Origin: Fimbriosthenelais zetlandica
Lineage: Eukaryota
NCBI GenBank assembly: GCA_977030845.1
Contig: OZ365116.1
Coordinates: forward strand, 18,042,001 to 18,106,000
Direction of reading: 5' to 3'
Length of the DNA: 64,000 bases
Shown in pieces: positions 26,901 to 40,407 of the stretch. The position numbers and the translations under genes were made by a program. Every line of letters starts with the position of its first letter. The first letter of the stretch is position 1. The notes below the pieces were generated by a model. The model ran no database searches. It saw nothing but the letters and a program-made list of their open reading frames with translations, and had not been told where the DNA came from.

Positions 26901-29062
26901 CAATTAGGCTGTGTTGTCTGAGGCCTTGGGAGAACAGTTTGAAATAAAATCTGTCATTAGGAATGGACACAAACCGAGTAACATGATGGGCCTAAAGGCA
27001 ATTGAATCATTACTGAAGTTGTGTATATCATTTTACCTTTTCATACATGGAGCAATTTGCTGTATGAAAGTAAAACCTGTTTCCACTGAAGGGTTGGTTT
27101 TAGAGGTCATATCGTATATATCATTGATGTTCTGGCTATGTATATATCGTCTGGTGATTTGGCATTGTTGCTGCCTGTGATCTATGGTCATTGTATTGAG
27201 TGATGTAGGTCTTGCCAAGACTGGACAATACTGGACTAAGCTCTTGACTTCCTCAAACACAAAAAAACTATTAAAGCTGCTTGATACGATTTCCCCCCAG
27301 AGTTCAGTACAATGATCTAGCTTCCCTCCATCATTGGAGGGTACTAGGGTTCAGGCAGTCAGTGGATTATCGATGGGATTGTGACCCTGCTGACATAGTC
27401 TGCTCTCTGTCTGTTGGGCTGATGTATACCCAGAGAACAGCAATGGCCAGACATCCCCAGTCATACCCACCCTATAGGAAAACATCCTTTGAGAAGCCAT
27501 AACTTGTGAGGAAGTGGACAATGTGCAGTAACCTTGGCTTTGTGACTACTGGCGAGACTGGCGCCTTAAAGGGCCTGTGGTATCTATAGGCGTCGTCAGG
27601 TTGGCGCCACGCCGGAGGAAGAAGTAGTGGGAGGAGAAACTGGGCTGAAGTAAAGGGCTTTTGCTCGTGGCCATTGCACACTGGAGAAGCGTGTGCGTGT
27701 GTGCACGAGTGTGGGTGTGGGAGGAGAAAGAGTAGGAGGAGAATCGGGAGGCTGGGGTTTACACCAGTCACTGAGCGGATCATCCCATCACTGACACACA
27801 CGGCCTCACTCACTGGAGGAGCGACTGGAGGAGGTGGGCAAGCAGGAGGACGTGGAAGCTTGCCACTCTCTGTACACACACGCAGCCACGTGGAGTAGGA
27901 GAAGTAGAAGGAGGAGATGTCCAATGGCTGCTTACTGGAGAGTAAGGATCATCACCTGCCACTGGCAGAGAGGCTAACACTTATAATGAGCATCAGTGGC
28001 AAGAGAAAACAGCATATGACGAAGACAAAACCAGACCTCCACAACCAACAACACGTAACAAGCCTCATTTAATCATTAGAATAGCACTGTGAGGATTACT
28101 TTAATCCGCGGGTATCATCCCCCAATCCTGGGGTTAATCCATGTCAGGATGGATCTGTCGATGGATTGATTGTCCAAATACAAGAGGCAAGTCTCGTGGG
28201 AGGATGGGTTATATGAGGGGATAGCGTGCTTCCCTTCAATAGTCTGACTTCTTGAGGCTCGTTGCCACTCTAAACTTGGTTGTATGTACACACCACACAA
28301 ACTGCTTAACGCCCGCTGGTCTCTTGCACGCCACCATCTCATACTGGACCGATTTGATGGCCCATTTGGCGTCAAGAAGCAATGCATCTGATTGGATTAG
28401 GACCATAAGAGCGACTGATACTGGAGCTTTTTGGCTGTTCTATTAACAAGAACCTCTGCTACTGGATCTCATTGTATATCAGCTATTTGTTTGATAGGAG
28501 CAACATGCAATCCTCTCTGCAGTCGTTAGACTCATAGCAGCGAGGACTTTTTACCGCTGTATTGATTGTTATAGAACAGCCATCGATTCCTGCTAATATA
28601 TTGCGGAAGTGCACTGACTGATGGAACACGAGTCAGGCTTGGTTGGTTAACTAAATGCATATGATCATCTCATTTTGAAACAATTAGAGATGGATCGATC
28701 CTACCACCAGTAATTGATTTTAAGATTAATTGTCATCATTACCTGTGCATCAGTGGATAACAATCTATCACTGGCATTGCGGATACTGCTTTTGTTGTAT
28801 TAATGAGAAGCCTGTCTTGTTGTTACAAGTTAAGGTAATAGCCAGCTCTGGGATACAGCAGGGGAAATGTGGGGGCTGCACGAACCGGATCAGTACAGGA
28901 CAATTTGTACATGTCTAGTCTAAGTAATTAGTTGACCTCCTGTTGGCAACGCCTGGCCATAGAACTAGGTAATGGACTCAACACTTTGCCCAATAGTCTG
29001 GCAAAGCTTACAGGACATCAGAGGATCTTTTCTACCCCATTAGAGATAGGACGGGTATCAGG

Positions 29063-32000
29063 ATGGAGGTGTTATCAATCACCCTCTTAGTCTACCTGAT
29101 AGTGACTCTTGTATCTGAAGTATCAAGTAATGGGGCAGGTGGACCTTTAGTTTCATCTATGGAACGCTTCTCCTGCATCAGACCTTCCATTTGGCCTCAC
29201 CGTCACTATGTCGCTAAAACGCCTGGTGACAACGGTTTCCGGATCCGGGTCGCTGGTCGGCCTGAGCCAGGTCACTTCACGGCAGGCAATGTCTATACAG
29301 GTAAGGAGCAGGAAAGGAGGAGTTGAAGGTGGGGAGCTGGGGTTGGGCGCTGGGGTTGGGCGCTGGAGGTGATAGCTTCCCGATGGTGCGGTGGGACGCA
29401 GTGCAAACAGATCGATGCCTGTGTTTTGTGGCCTGCAATCTTGTAAATGGAAGAAGTCACGTACAGATAAATAATGTAGCACCTCTTCAATGGGGCAGGC
29501 AATATAGGGAGGAGCTGTTGTCCTGGAAATTCTCCCTTCGGGCTATATAGGACCAGCGGTTCTTGATTCATGGGGCATATAGACGAACTGGAGTAATTTT
29601 AAACCAATGAATCTTTTATGTTTGTCTATGTTTATAACAATACCATTGACAAAAGATGAATGCGGGTTTCCATTTCGAACCGGCCTTAGAATCCCTAATT
29701 TATTTTCAATTTTTCAAACAATCGATCTGTCAGGCATTCTCTGTGTTTGAAATGCTTCAATATGTATGGTGCCTCGGATATAGAGGCATCATGACAGGCA
29801 ATTTATATAATCCACTGGCTTCCTTCAAGTCCAACAAAGGCACATCGCCAGCATTGCAATTCATGAAATACTTAAGGAGATTCCAGGACATGCAGCTGGG
29901 CCTGGTATAGAGTATGGTAAAGGGGAGAATAGGAAGGAGGAAAGGAGAGGGATAGGGGAAGGAAAAAGGGGATGGGAGGAAGGGGAGGGGAACTGTCCAC
30001 AACAACAGCCTTAAAACCAACACCTGTCATTGATCTGCCACCAGTCTTCTTGTTTACTCTACAGATGGGTGGTGAAAACTGCCTTCCTCTGAAAACCTCA
30101 GTCTCTCAATAGTTCTATATCATATCTCTAGCTGCAAGTCCATCAAAGCTCAATGATAAGCAAGCTTAAAGGCTTTCCCCTGATATGCCATCCTACCATA
30201 TCAGCTCAGATTCCCTTCCATATATCGTAAGTACACTCAGATCCAAAGCATTGAAATGATAATCTCCAATTGACAACTAAAAGCTGTTCACCAGAAAATG
30301 ATTTTCTAAGTCGGAAAAAATGATAAAGTCGAAGAATTCTTATCATACCACAATGGCGTGGCTTATGCTCATACCAATACCCTGAGTTCAATATTTATTT
30401 GCCTGCTTTCCCTCAAGGATAGCCTAAATTAGGTTAGGATATGGAGGAAGGGAAGGAGCCATTGCAGCCTAGCTAGTCAGTGTAACAATAGACAGACCGA
30501 TAGGACACGGTGTAAACCTATTATGGAGCCAGGAGGGGCTGGCCCTGACCCACTCTTGTCTAATTCCCACCGGCCGAATATTGGCCGCCAATTGATCTGT
30601 AGCGAGGCACAAAATAGATTGAAAGCTAACCCGGGACCTGAGGTCATAATGCCATTATCAATCAATAAATCCCCGGCACTATGATGAATCACTTCCTGGG
30701 CCTGAAGAATGGTTTACATACATACAATTATCCATGAAAAATAACGACATATCACAATAACAATTACATCCAACACTGGGCCTTCCAGGTAGCCATTTCA
30801 GCATAGCCGCATACAATGGCAAAAGTTACATTGTATTTAAAGCTTATGCTCGTCTTGCTGTGGGACTAAAGAAAACAGGCACCAGACCACTGCAGAATAC
30901 TACTTCCGGTACCCAGGCGCAGAATCTACCAATTAATAGACTTGATAATTGAGGTTTCGTCCAAACTGAGCATAACTGATTCATTTTGAATTCCTTTTGG
31001 TTTCATGGCCAACAACCTAATAGGTTCTTCATATTGGACAAATTTCCTATCCTCGTTGTGTTAAGTAGGTCACCGGAAGTGGTGATTTCTTGCCTCCTTT
31101 TTGAAGTCCCGGCCACAGCAAGACTCGATAAGCAAAAATTGGGCAGTGATTGGGTTTTAAGATTAATTTTGAACAATTCTTATTCTGATAAGAAGTTATG
31201 ATAACTGACACGATTGGTGAAACGAGTGAATAGTTGCTGCTGCGAGTAGTATAAAGTTAAGGCCCCCGTCTCTGGGAAGTGGCTTCATCACATGCGCATG
31301 CGCCCCTTTACTCTTCCCCTCCTCCACTCCCACAAATCTCGCGGGGTTTTCCTGCCCCTCTCTTCCAGCTTCCCCCGGGATTACCAGGGGGATTAATTAG
31401 GTTCTGTTACCATGGTGAATGAGGGTGGTGGTGACTTTAACCTCTTCTTGATCAATGGCGTCTTTTTGTTTCCCTTTCTGCCAAGCAATTCAGGGCAAGA
31501 AATGGATGTGATTGAAAGCTGGAAAGGGATGTAGGAAAAGGGTATAAAACTCAGATAATAACCCACGATATCCATCATACTGAAGGCCAAATTTTTCACC
31601 ATTAACTCTTTTCTTGTGAATGATATTCCTTGAGGATACAATAGTTCTTTATAAAAGTATATATATAAGTCTGCCGACCGTTCAGGCAACAAAAGAGGTC
31701 AAGGCTGTTGTTCAGCCAGTCGATGGCCACTGGTAGCCCTTAATTATCTGTAAGTGATCTCCATGCAATCCACCAATTACCTTTGTTAATTAGACTCCTA
31801 GGGTCTACCTGTCCAGCCTGTTTAGTAAGAGCAGAATCATGATAAGTCTTGTGGTGTAAGTTGTTGGGAGAGCATTTAAAATATCAATAAGACATAAATA
31901 TCTGTTCTCAGGCTGTGATCTGGTGTCGTAATTTGATGAATCATAATACAAATAAATATATCTTATCTATATCATATTTTCAGTGTCTTTGGAAAGTACA

Positions 32001-32801
32001 ATGTCGGCCATCGATATGTCAGGCTTTCTCTTAGTTGCTGTACCGCAATGGGCCAAAGATGAAACTACACAACTAGGACACTTTCAGGTAATGCTCAATG
32101 TAAACCCGCATCTAGTGTCTAATTTTGATCAATATCGCGTTATCAGAATTTAATAAGGTGTTTGTTTGAATGGTTGGAAGTACAGGTAGAACTGATCATA
32201 TGTCATCTTTATTTTAATCTTAACCTTTTCAACATTGTTTAACAGCTTTTGGATCCAGAAGTCACACGTTTTTCACCTAACTGCCCACATATAGTAACAC
32301 ATCAAACAAATAAAGGACATGCCATGTCACTGCACAGACGTCGAGTAGACGTACTATGGACAGCGCCAGCAACAGGGGCAGGCTGTATTGAATTTAGGTA
32401 GGCATCAAATGTTATTCTATCCCATTGTCTAATTCTTATCCTTCTCCCTCAAAAATATCAGAAATTACATTAACTTCAGACCTAACAAGACGTAAATTTA
32501 ATGCTTTTAGTCGGTTGCGAATTCCTTTTCGTGATCTGACATTTGCGTGATCTTACATGCTGACGGAAGGTTGTTTTTCATTGCCATTTTAGATCATAGA
32601 TAATGCAGGTCATGAAATTATCATGTTTACTATTGAAGGTGACTTAGAGGCTAAACAAGTGGCCTTGTTTTCACAGGAAACAATCATTCATTGACCTAAT
32701 AATGTTCAAATTTGTTTGCAGAGCCACTGTATTTTATGGAAGCAGCGATCAGTGGTTGCAAGACGATGGTGCCTTAAGCAAACTATTCTGTGAAAAGCAA
32801 G
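29063..32801 (+). CDS. SPON1: F-spondin (spondin-1)-like gene: signal peptide plus reeler domain; downstream exons not found
   Basis: Exons 29063-29300, 31984-32087, 32246-32397, 32722-32801, all GT-AG and in frame: MEVLSITLLVYLIVTLVSEVSS..KTPGDNGFRIRVAGRPE..GFLLVA..LGHFQLLDPEVTRFSPNCPHIVTH..RVDVLWTAPATGAGCIEFRATV..QDDGALSKLFCEKQ. This tracks the F-spondin reeler (cf. human FSLRVEGDP, GFTLIA, GTFQII, FMSNCP, WIAPPAGTGC, QDEGSLTKKLCEQ). Confidence 0.85.
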
Positions 32802-35800
32802 GTGAGAATGACATGCTGTTAGTGAACAAAAGATCCCACATTTTATACCTTTCGCAGCTGAATCTCCCCATGCACCTGTATACCACGTAACAGGTTGAAT
32901 CACAGAAGCATTAAGAACATACAAAGACACCAGGTATGCTTTAATTGGTACAGGAGGCAATGAGGCAAAGTGACATAAGTTTTCAATTAGCTGTCCATGG
33001 CCATTCCGACCTCGAAAACGCCTCATTGACACGCTATACAGAGGAAGGATAGTATTTTTTGGGCCGACCATAGGTTAGATTTTCATATGCATCTCTTGCA
33101 GGTGCATGGTGTGTCAGTTGGTCTGGCAGATATTAACTAATTGGCGCAATTTTTTCTGACTTTTCAGATAATTAAACGTAGGCTATTGAATTGCCTGATA
33201 CTCACCTCATCCGCTTGTTGACAGCTCCTGGTATTCTCATCTTCCTTATCATCTCACCATGACCATCACACCGTGATAATCGTCACTTCATTATGATCAC
33301 ACCTGTTAGCCTACCCACCCATCTACCCACCCACCTGGCCCTCACCTGTCATTACACGCATATACTGATAGCCACGAGGATCATCTCTCATCAACTTCAT
33401 CATCTCCCTCCTCCACGGTGGACCCTGGAGGTGTATATAGACCTACTCTCATAAATCTACTGCACAACATCATGGAGTACACCAGCTGATTGTTATTAAA
33501 GACACCCCAGGCTCTACCATATATATACACACACTTCCCTGTATATATACCTCCCCACAGGGGGCTGCTTTAACAATTCTGATGGAGAAGCTCCCTGAGA
33601 ACAATGGGCAGCTGCCAGGGATGGCCTGCGGCCTTCAATTTAACAAGAAAGTGCCCACTGTCTGCAACAATGAAGACTCTACAACAAATGAAGACATATC
33701 TTCCTTTGTGATTGGTGATTCCTAGTCTATTTTCCTCTGGAGAGTCACCTGAGAACTGAATAAAGCAGGCCACAAACACTTCAAGTATATGAGATGTGTA
33801 TTTATTTGTAAAAGTGAAATGTTCAGTTAAATTAAGGTTGTGCTGAATGTTTTGGGTCAATTGTTAACTTATGGACATTCACATTGGGATTCTGCTTTAT
33901 ATATGTATTTCAAATAGATCCTGAACAAAGGAAATTCTTGTGATGTCATTTGAAAACCCACCAGTCTCTTATGCAAACCTTTGTTAACAGCATTGATTCT
34001 TAGAAGGCAAGCTCGGAGTCAGGAGTACAACATTATTAGATCAATTATATTGCAACAAAAAGTTCTTCACCAATTTCATCGATGTCGCTTGTCTTTGCTT
34101 TTTTAAAGCCTTGAGCACTATAGAACATGGAAGACCATCTGAACAAATGGATGAAGCGTTAGATGCTAAATTGGTGGGTTTTCATGAACGTCACATGTTT
34201 AAAATTAAAGAATTCATAGCAGATGTGTGGAAATGTTGTCATGTCAGCTTTGAATAGTTCAGCCATATTCAAAACGCTTGCATGATACTCCAATTTCAGC
34301 GAGCTATGTCGGCCATTATGCGCATGTTTTACAGGCCACATTGGCTATTGATTTATGGTGTACCTAACTGGGTATTACAATAATTGTCGTAATCAATGAG
34401 AGCATTTATTTGATACATATCTAAAGTGAAGGCAACCTGCTGAGCCCGAATTAAAATGACGTAATTATATGAGTCCTTAAAGCTGACATAAATCCTTCTG
34501 AAAAACCTTCTGAAATTTATAGCAGGCCAAGGTTGGAAAACAGGTTTTTTTCAGAAGATGGCTTTCTTTCGAATTGGCATAGTTATTGCCCTCTTGTCTT
34601 AGACCCATGCATCGTTACCCTTGGGTACTGCATGTGGGTATAATGCAATAGAAAATAGCCCCGCTCAATAGCAGACAAGGCCCCATACTTTTTACAGATA
34701 CTTTCTCCTCCTCTTGCCATCCCTTCTTCCTCCCTCCAGCCCCTCCAGGACCTACTATAGAGAGTAATTACGCCAAATGACTTGCGACAACCCAGCTGGG
34801 TCGGCCCTGCAATGGCCGACGTGATCTCGCGAGGCTTGCATAAATGATGACCATGTGATTTATGAGCACTGTCTGCCCATTCATAAGGACGCGCATGGGG
34901 CCCGTGGGAGGGCAGCACCAACGATTGTTGCTGGAAGGGGTCGCAGAAAAAGCTGGCAGGCCGCAATGGTGTTTAATTCAATGTCCAACAACAAAGACCG
35001 CGGCTTTGGATATTTATGGCATATCCATGGGCCTGTTGAGCTGCCGATTGGGTTTTACAAAGCAGGGACTTCCGCTGAGCTGTGTTAACAAATCGTAGTT
35101 CAAAGACTGGCCTTGTAACAATAAACAAACAGAATAGTCACCACTTGACCTCCGCTCTGCCCACCTAAAGCTTGTATATTCATTGGGATCAATACTGATC
35201 ACTTTGGTGCTAATCTCCCTTTTCTTTCTGTTCGATTCATTGACTAAAATGTTTCACCATTATGTTGATGATTTATGGGAATGTTCAATTGCAGAAAAAT
35301 CTTCTTTCTAAAACGAGGTGTTTCTCTGAAGAACGACATAAAAGACCACTGATTAGAGTCGTGAGCTGGCAAATTCTGCATAGTTTGATGTGCTCAGTAT
35401 ATTCGTCAGAGGCCAGTTAGAGACTCATATACTACTTACATGATATTCATGAACGGAATCCCTGATTCGTAATACTTCTTACAATTTAGTTTCCTCATAG
35501 ATTTTGATCCAAACTTATCCAAAATTTTTCTTCTGCACACGAACTGAATCTAACTGAAATGACCATTCTATAGATAGTCAGTATTATTGCTTGAAATGGA
35601 ACTAAAGGATGTCGGTACATTGTTGATGCTTTAACTGAATTTATGTATATATACGAACCATGTGAATTTATAGGAAATTCTATTGCCGAATGTATAATTC
35701 CAGGAAAACCTTTAATAAAGATAAATCACCATACATGTCAAGACTTCGGTATGATTCATATATCTAGTTGGCATGGATCTGATTATGAGCATAGTCGTGT

Positions 35801-36482
35801 AATTGCGATTGGCAAAGAGATGTTGCGTGCACCCGCCTTTGAAACATGCTATCAGTTGAAGTTTAAACAGTGAAAAGTGGGAAAATCCTATTTCTGAAAT
35901 CAGGAGATAAACAGCCCTGAGGCATGCAGCTCTCGTGTTCCTGTGCAATGAAATCCTAGGCTCGTGAGTGAGGAGGGAGATAGAGAAAAGTGTTGGCTGT
36001 TTTGATGGTTGTTTTGGTTTCATTTCTCTTGCACTTCGCTGCTTGTTCTCCATGTTTGTTCGTCCATTAGGATGCCTCTCATCCATTGTTGTTATGATGC
36101 AGCTATAAAGGCTGACACAGGAGAAACCATAGCAACTTGCGCAGCAGACGACATTTGAAGGATGTCATAGTAACCGATCCATTAAGGAAAATCAGGCGCA
36201 TGCAAGAGAGGCGCCAGATTTGGGCAGTAAGTGGAAACTGTCAGGGAATGTGTGAGAGATACATTTTAGAGCGTGGAGGGGAGGTGACAGAGCTGTCATG
36301 CCAACCAAGTATTTTTTACACGGGAAACGAGCGGGGAATTCTGGGTGCTGCACACAGGAAACGGCGTCACGAAAACTCCGTCACTGTGGCGTGTTTCCGA
36401 TAAGAAGAACATGTATAGGCAGGGTCGTTAAAATGACACGAGGACGACGTCAAAGTATAATGGTTCTTCTCTATAAAGAACT

Positions 36483-36659
36483 CAGGGGCGTCGGAAACAG
36501 GGGGGCCACATGCCCCCCCCCCCCTACCGCAGGATCTGGGAGCCAGTATATGTTTGGCTCCCTACCAAATTCCAAGGCTCCAGATTCCACGGTGGTCTGG
36601 TTCTGTGAAATGCGCCCCCCCCCCCCCCCCCTACATTTCAGTTGCTTCCTACGCCCCTG
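36483..36659. mobile_element. MITE-like element, 177 bp
   Basis: 14-bp terminal inverted repeats CAGGGGCGTCGGAA / TTCCTACGCCCCTG (13/14 match) with internal poly-C runs; no clear TSD. Confidence 0.7.
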
Positions 36660-38578
36660 CAACCATGAGCAGGTTTTCAAAGGATGACTTCATAGTTTTA
36701 TCAGACTCCAAAGGCTTTATGGCTTTTTTTCTTTTTTTTTAAGCACATTCAATAGAGTGGAGAGAAGGAGTAGAGGGTCTTTCCCCCTAGGGAACAGGCC
36801 CTGGTTTGTAGTGGGAGGACCTATAGATAAATCACTTTTATTGACCGTCTTTGCAAATAGACGATGGAGGGAAACTTTGATGTTTTTATCTGGTAGAAAC
36901 ATGCGGGCGCTACCTGGTGCCAAATCATACAAGTATAACCCTATAGACTGTTTTGCCCTCTTGGCCGCCAGGATACCGAATATCAACACCATGGGGGCAC
37001 TGATTGACTTCCAGAGAAAAAAGGTATGACATAGGACCATATAGGAATGGTCATACATTTATCAGATGTACATGGGCCGACCAAACCAATTACATTAGGC
37101 GTAATGTTCAAAAGACTTCCTTATGGAAGGAATTTGGCCCGGCATTTGTTCCGGTCATGCATGAATCACCATGTTTTGTATAAATTATGGTGGTCCTTTA
37201 GTCTAAAGATACGCCTCATAGTGAGACTATGAGTGGGTGCATCCGTTTAGTTATTACACTATCATGATACTTAAACATAGTACTTGTTCCTTTAACATGC
37301 ATGGATGGTGGGAGGCACCTAGTGTGCTTGAGAAACATTCACTTCTCACAAGAGTAGTACCAGCAGTGCTGCCCTCTGGTATTATTTGGATATTTGACGC
37401 TAGCATGACTAGCTCTTCCTCTTTACCCACGGACCATTTCTCCCCATCATCAAAACGTCCTATCCATCCTAATATTGAATAAATAACATGTATAATATTC
37501 CTTCTAAAGTAACTGAAACCAGCCAATATTTGAATATATGAATATTATGATCTTGAGTAGGCCTAAGAGGCACATTATTTAGTCTATAGCTAGCCTATGT
37601 CTTTTTTAACACAACTGATCAATCGATATTGAGCTCAATATACAACCTAGTTTGGAATTTGTTTTGTTCGCCATTTTTGAAAACCATGTGGGCTCTTTAG
37701 CATGAACACACCTGCCCTGTCTGTTGACGCAGCATGATGGTACTAGTTTCCATGGCTATCACAAACATGACGCATCTAAACATGAAAAAATAGCTAGTAA
37801 CAATTCTATTTCGTAGGGAAACCTTCAGTAGTTACCTTTTTAAGTGCATATTCTCCAGGAATATAGAGCTACTTTCATAAAGTAAATATCAAACATTGAA
37901 CACATCTAAAGTATATTGAGGACGAACCTATAGCAGTAGAGCACACACCCAAACTCGCACACACACATACAAATGGCAAAAACTTGCAGGACGGGATACC
38001 TGTGACGAGGGGGATGGTTTTATTTACTTGACCCTTCGTGATCACACACTTTACAATCCTGTGGTCCACGCCCTTCACAGCAAGATCCATATACCCCAAA
38101 GCTCCTACTTCTCAAACATTGGCAATCCGACTTCAGGTAAGCATCTCTATACATATAATACACATTTTAGTTTCATAAATGTTATTAAATCTAAATATAA
38201 TACTGGGAATACCTTACTAGCAGCAGCTGATATATGATTTGAGAAATGTTACTTATCCCATGAAGGGCAATCAGTTTTGGAATTATCAGTGCTTGTGATC
38301 TTGGCTGTAGGCTACTTTAGCATGTGCAATCATTCTCAATGATTTTCGTTGGAAGATACAATATATATCTACAAGGTGACAGGGAAGAGAATGCAATGCA
38401 ATGGATTAACAAATGTTTAATTGTATCTGTTGGACTTTTCCATCTAAATAATTGCCTCGGACTTTAACAAAAAGGTTTTCCTGTTTGTGTCCTCTGTGAT
38501 TAAAGTATCCTCCTCATTAAAGTATGTTTTTGCTGTACTTTCATTGTTTCTTTTTTTCATTGCTAGATCAATACCAAC

Positions 38579-39481
38579 ATGCATTCAGGTTACTCCAGTC
38601 AACCTCATTCTTACCCAATGCAGCAGGGCTATGGGGGACAACCAGTCATGATCCAACAACAACCCCAGGCGATGGTCATTCAACAGCAGCCTGGAGCTGG
38701 AGCTGGAGGCATGGTAGGCCTACAACTGAATTAATATGCTTACAGTTATCATTATTAGATAAACAATGCAAAGTTTTCATCTCTCCAATCTTCCAATTCA
38801 TTTTGCTATTAGCCTTTTCTCAATTCTTTTTATTATGCTTCTATTTCAGAGGTCACCCATTGTGACAGATATGGCTGTTCTTGCCCAGCTGAAAGGTGGA
38901 CGCGAATGGTCATCTGGAATATTTGACTGCTTTAATGATATAACCTCATGTAAGCATACAAATTAAGATGAGGAACTCGAAATATCTAATATATCTATAA
39001 TAATATCTAATTCAAACGTGGATTTACAATTTAAATGATTTTAAGTAGGCCTATTTCTAAATCACCATTTGGAAGACCATTTCCTCTGTAACATTTCTGT
39101 AACATGAATGTAGGCCTATAATTATTGCTCTTTTTCGTTTCTAGGCCTTTTGACAACCTTCTTTTCGGAGTGCTATGTTTGCTATATTTCTGGGAAGATG
39201 GGTGAGGGCTGTTGCATGCCATGGTGTGTGCCTGGAGCCCTCATTCCCATGAGAACTAAACTGAGAGAGAGAACCAACATTGAGGTAATCATAATGACCT
39301 TCCTATCCTAAATTCAGATGTAATATTGAACATTCCGAATATTGCCAGTAATATTGAATTTGAGTTGAACTTATTGCAATTTTTCTTACAGGGATCTATA
39401 CTTGAGGACTGCTGCTGCAGTGTCTGGTGCGGACCCTGCGTTCTGTGTCAGTTGAAGAGGGAGTTGGACTATTTGTCCTGA
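38579..39481 (+). CDS. PLAC8/cornifelin-family cysteine-rich protein
   Basis: Exons 38579-38713, 38850-38949, 39145-39284, 39392-39481 splice in frame: Q/P-rich N-terminus (MIQQQPQAMVIQQQP), EWSSGIFDCFND..CLLTTFFSEC, GEGCCMPWC, MRTKLRERTNIEGSILEDCCCSVWCGPCVLCQLKREL*. A possible 5' UTR exon ends near 38137 (CAG|GTAAGC). Confidence 0.93.
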
Positions 39482-40407
39482 AGATCTGATCTTTGGTAGA
39501 CCACAAAATCATCTGAGACAACATCAACAGTAGCTCATATTACCACTGTTTAGCTGCTAAGGATTTAACTGATGAAAATCTGCATCGCTTGGAGACGTCT
39601 GCTATATAGGATAGCACCTTGACATATCAACTCCAGTCATAATCAAGAACTAATTTATATAGTAGAAATTGAATGGAATTAACCGACTAACTACATGTTT
39701 TATATAATGGATTATTTACTGGGTTCATGGAAAAAGTATTTATAAACTTTTTATACTGTTACTAAAAAAATGTATATTCCAATGTAGTGCGGTTTTGAAA
39801 CAGCCATTGGTATGAAACTGCAAGGTATTAACAGAACAGAACTAATTGTTAATTCAAATAATTATATTCTCATTATCACTCTTGTATACACGTGTTTTAA
39901 ATAAAACTATTCTAAGACATTTATAAGAAGTGTTACTTTCCAAATGTTCTACTTCCCGACAACTTCCGGTCCCACTTCCGGTTGTTTCACTGTGGTGTTT
40001 GGGCGACCATATTAAAGCCTACAACATCGCAGGGTTTGATAATACGAAGGCTTACTCGCTTAATATTGTCCACAGATCTGATTCATGTTATACTCTGATA
40101 CGAGGCGTTAGTATACTCGAATAATCATAACTGAATGATATAAAGATCATTTAATTCATATCTCGGCCTGATTATGGCCCCATACATTGGCAGAATAGAT
40201 TATGCCCAGTTAAAACCTCCATCAATTAAATATCCTCATAATTACTCTACAGTATCTATCACCATGCTAAACTCTCTTCACTCCTACTTCAGTAGATTGA
40301 TATTTAAGATTAGGCAAGTTAGCTGTAGCAATATATTTAGTTCATATACAATTAGACCTATTATATATGTCTATACAGTTCATACATCATTATACTGAGT
40401 AGGCCTA

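Noticed and set aside
24900-27300. Scattered RT-like echoes (FRPIMLL, VAVNG..RGCSMG, LPEEHKYIT)
   Set aside because: Motifs point to different retroelement classes and their spacing is inconsistent; probably TE debris but not assignable.
34100-35100. Possible KDZ/Zisupton-like transposase fragments
   Set aside because: Similarity limited to a few residues; cannot be supported without an HMM search.
36298-36480. GCCTQETASRKL as a candidate Spondin_N start (CCAC..AKY)
   Set aside because: Lacks the WS..THPKD signature and a suitable acceptor; interrupted by a MITE.
36717-37058. ORF with GPCR TM1/TM2-like wording (MVLIFGIL..LYLYDLA)
   Set aside because: Only one hydrophobic stretch, no GN or LAxxD motif, no further TM exons.
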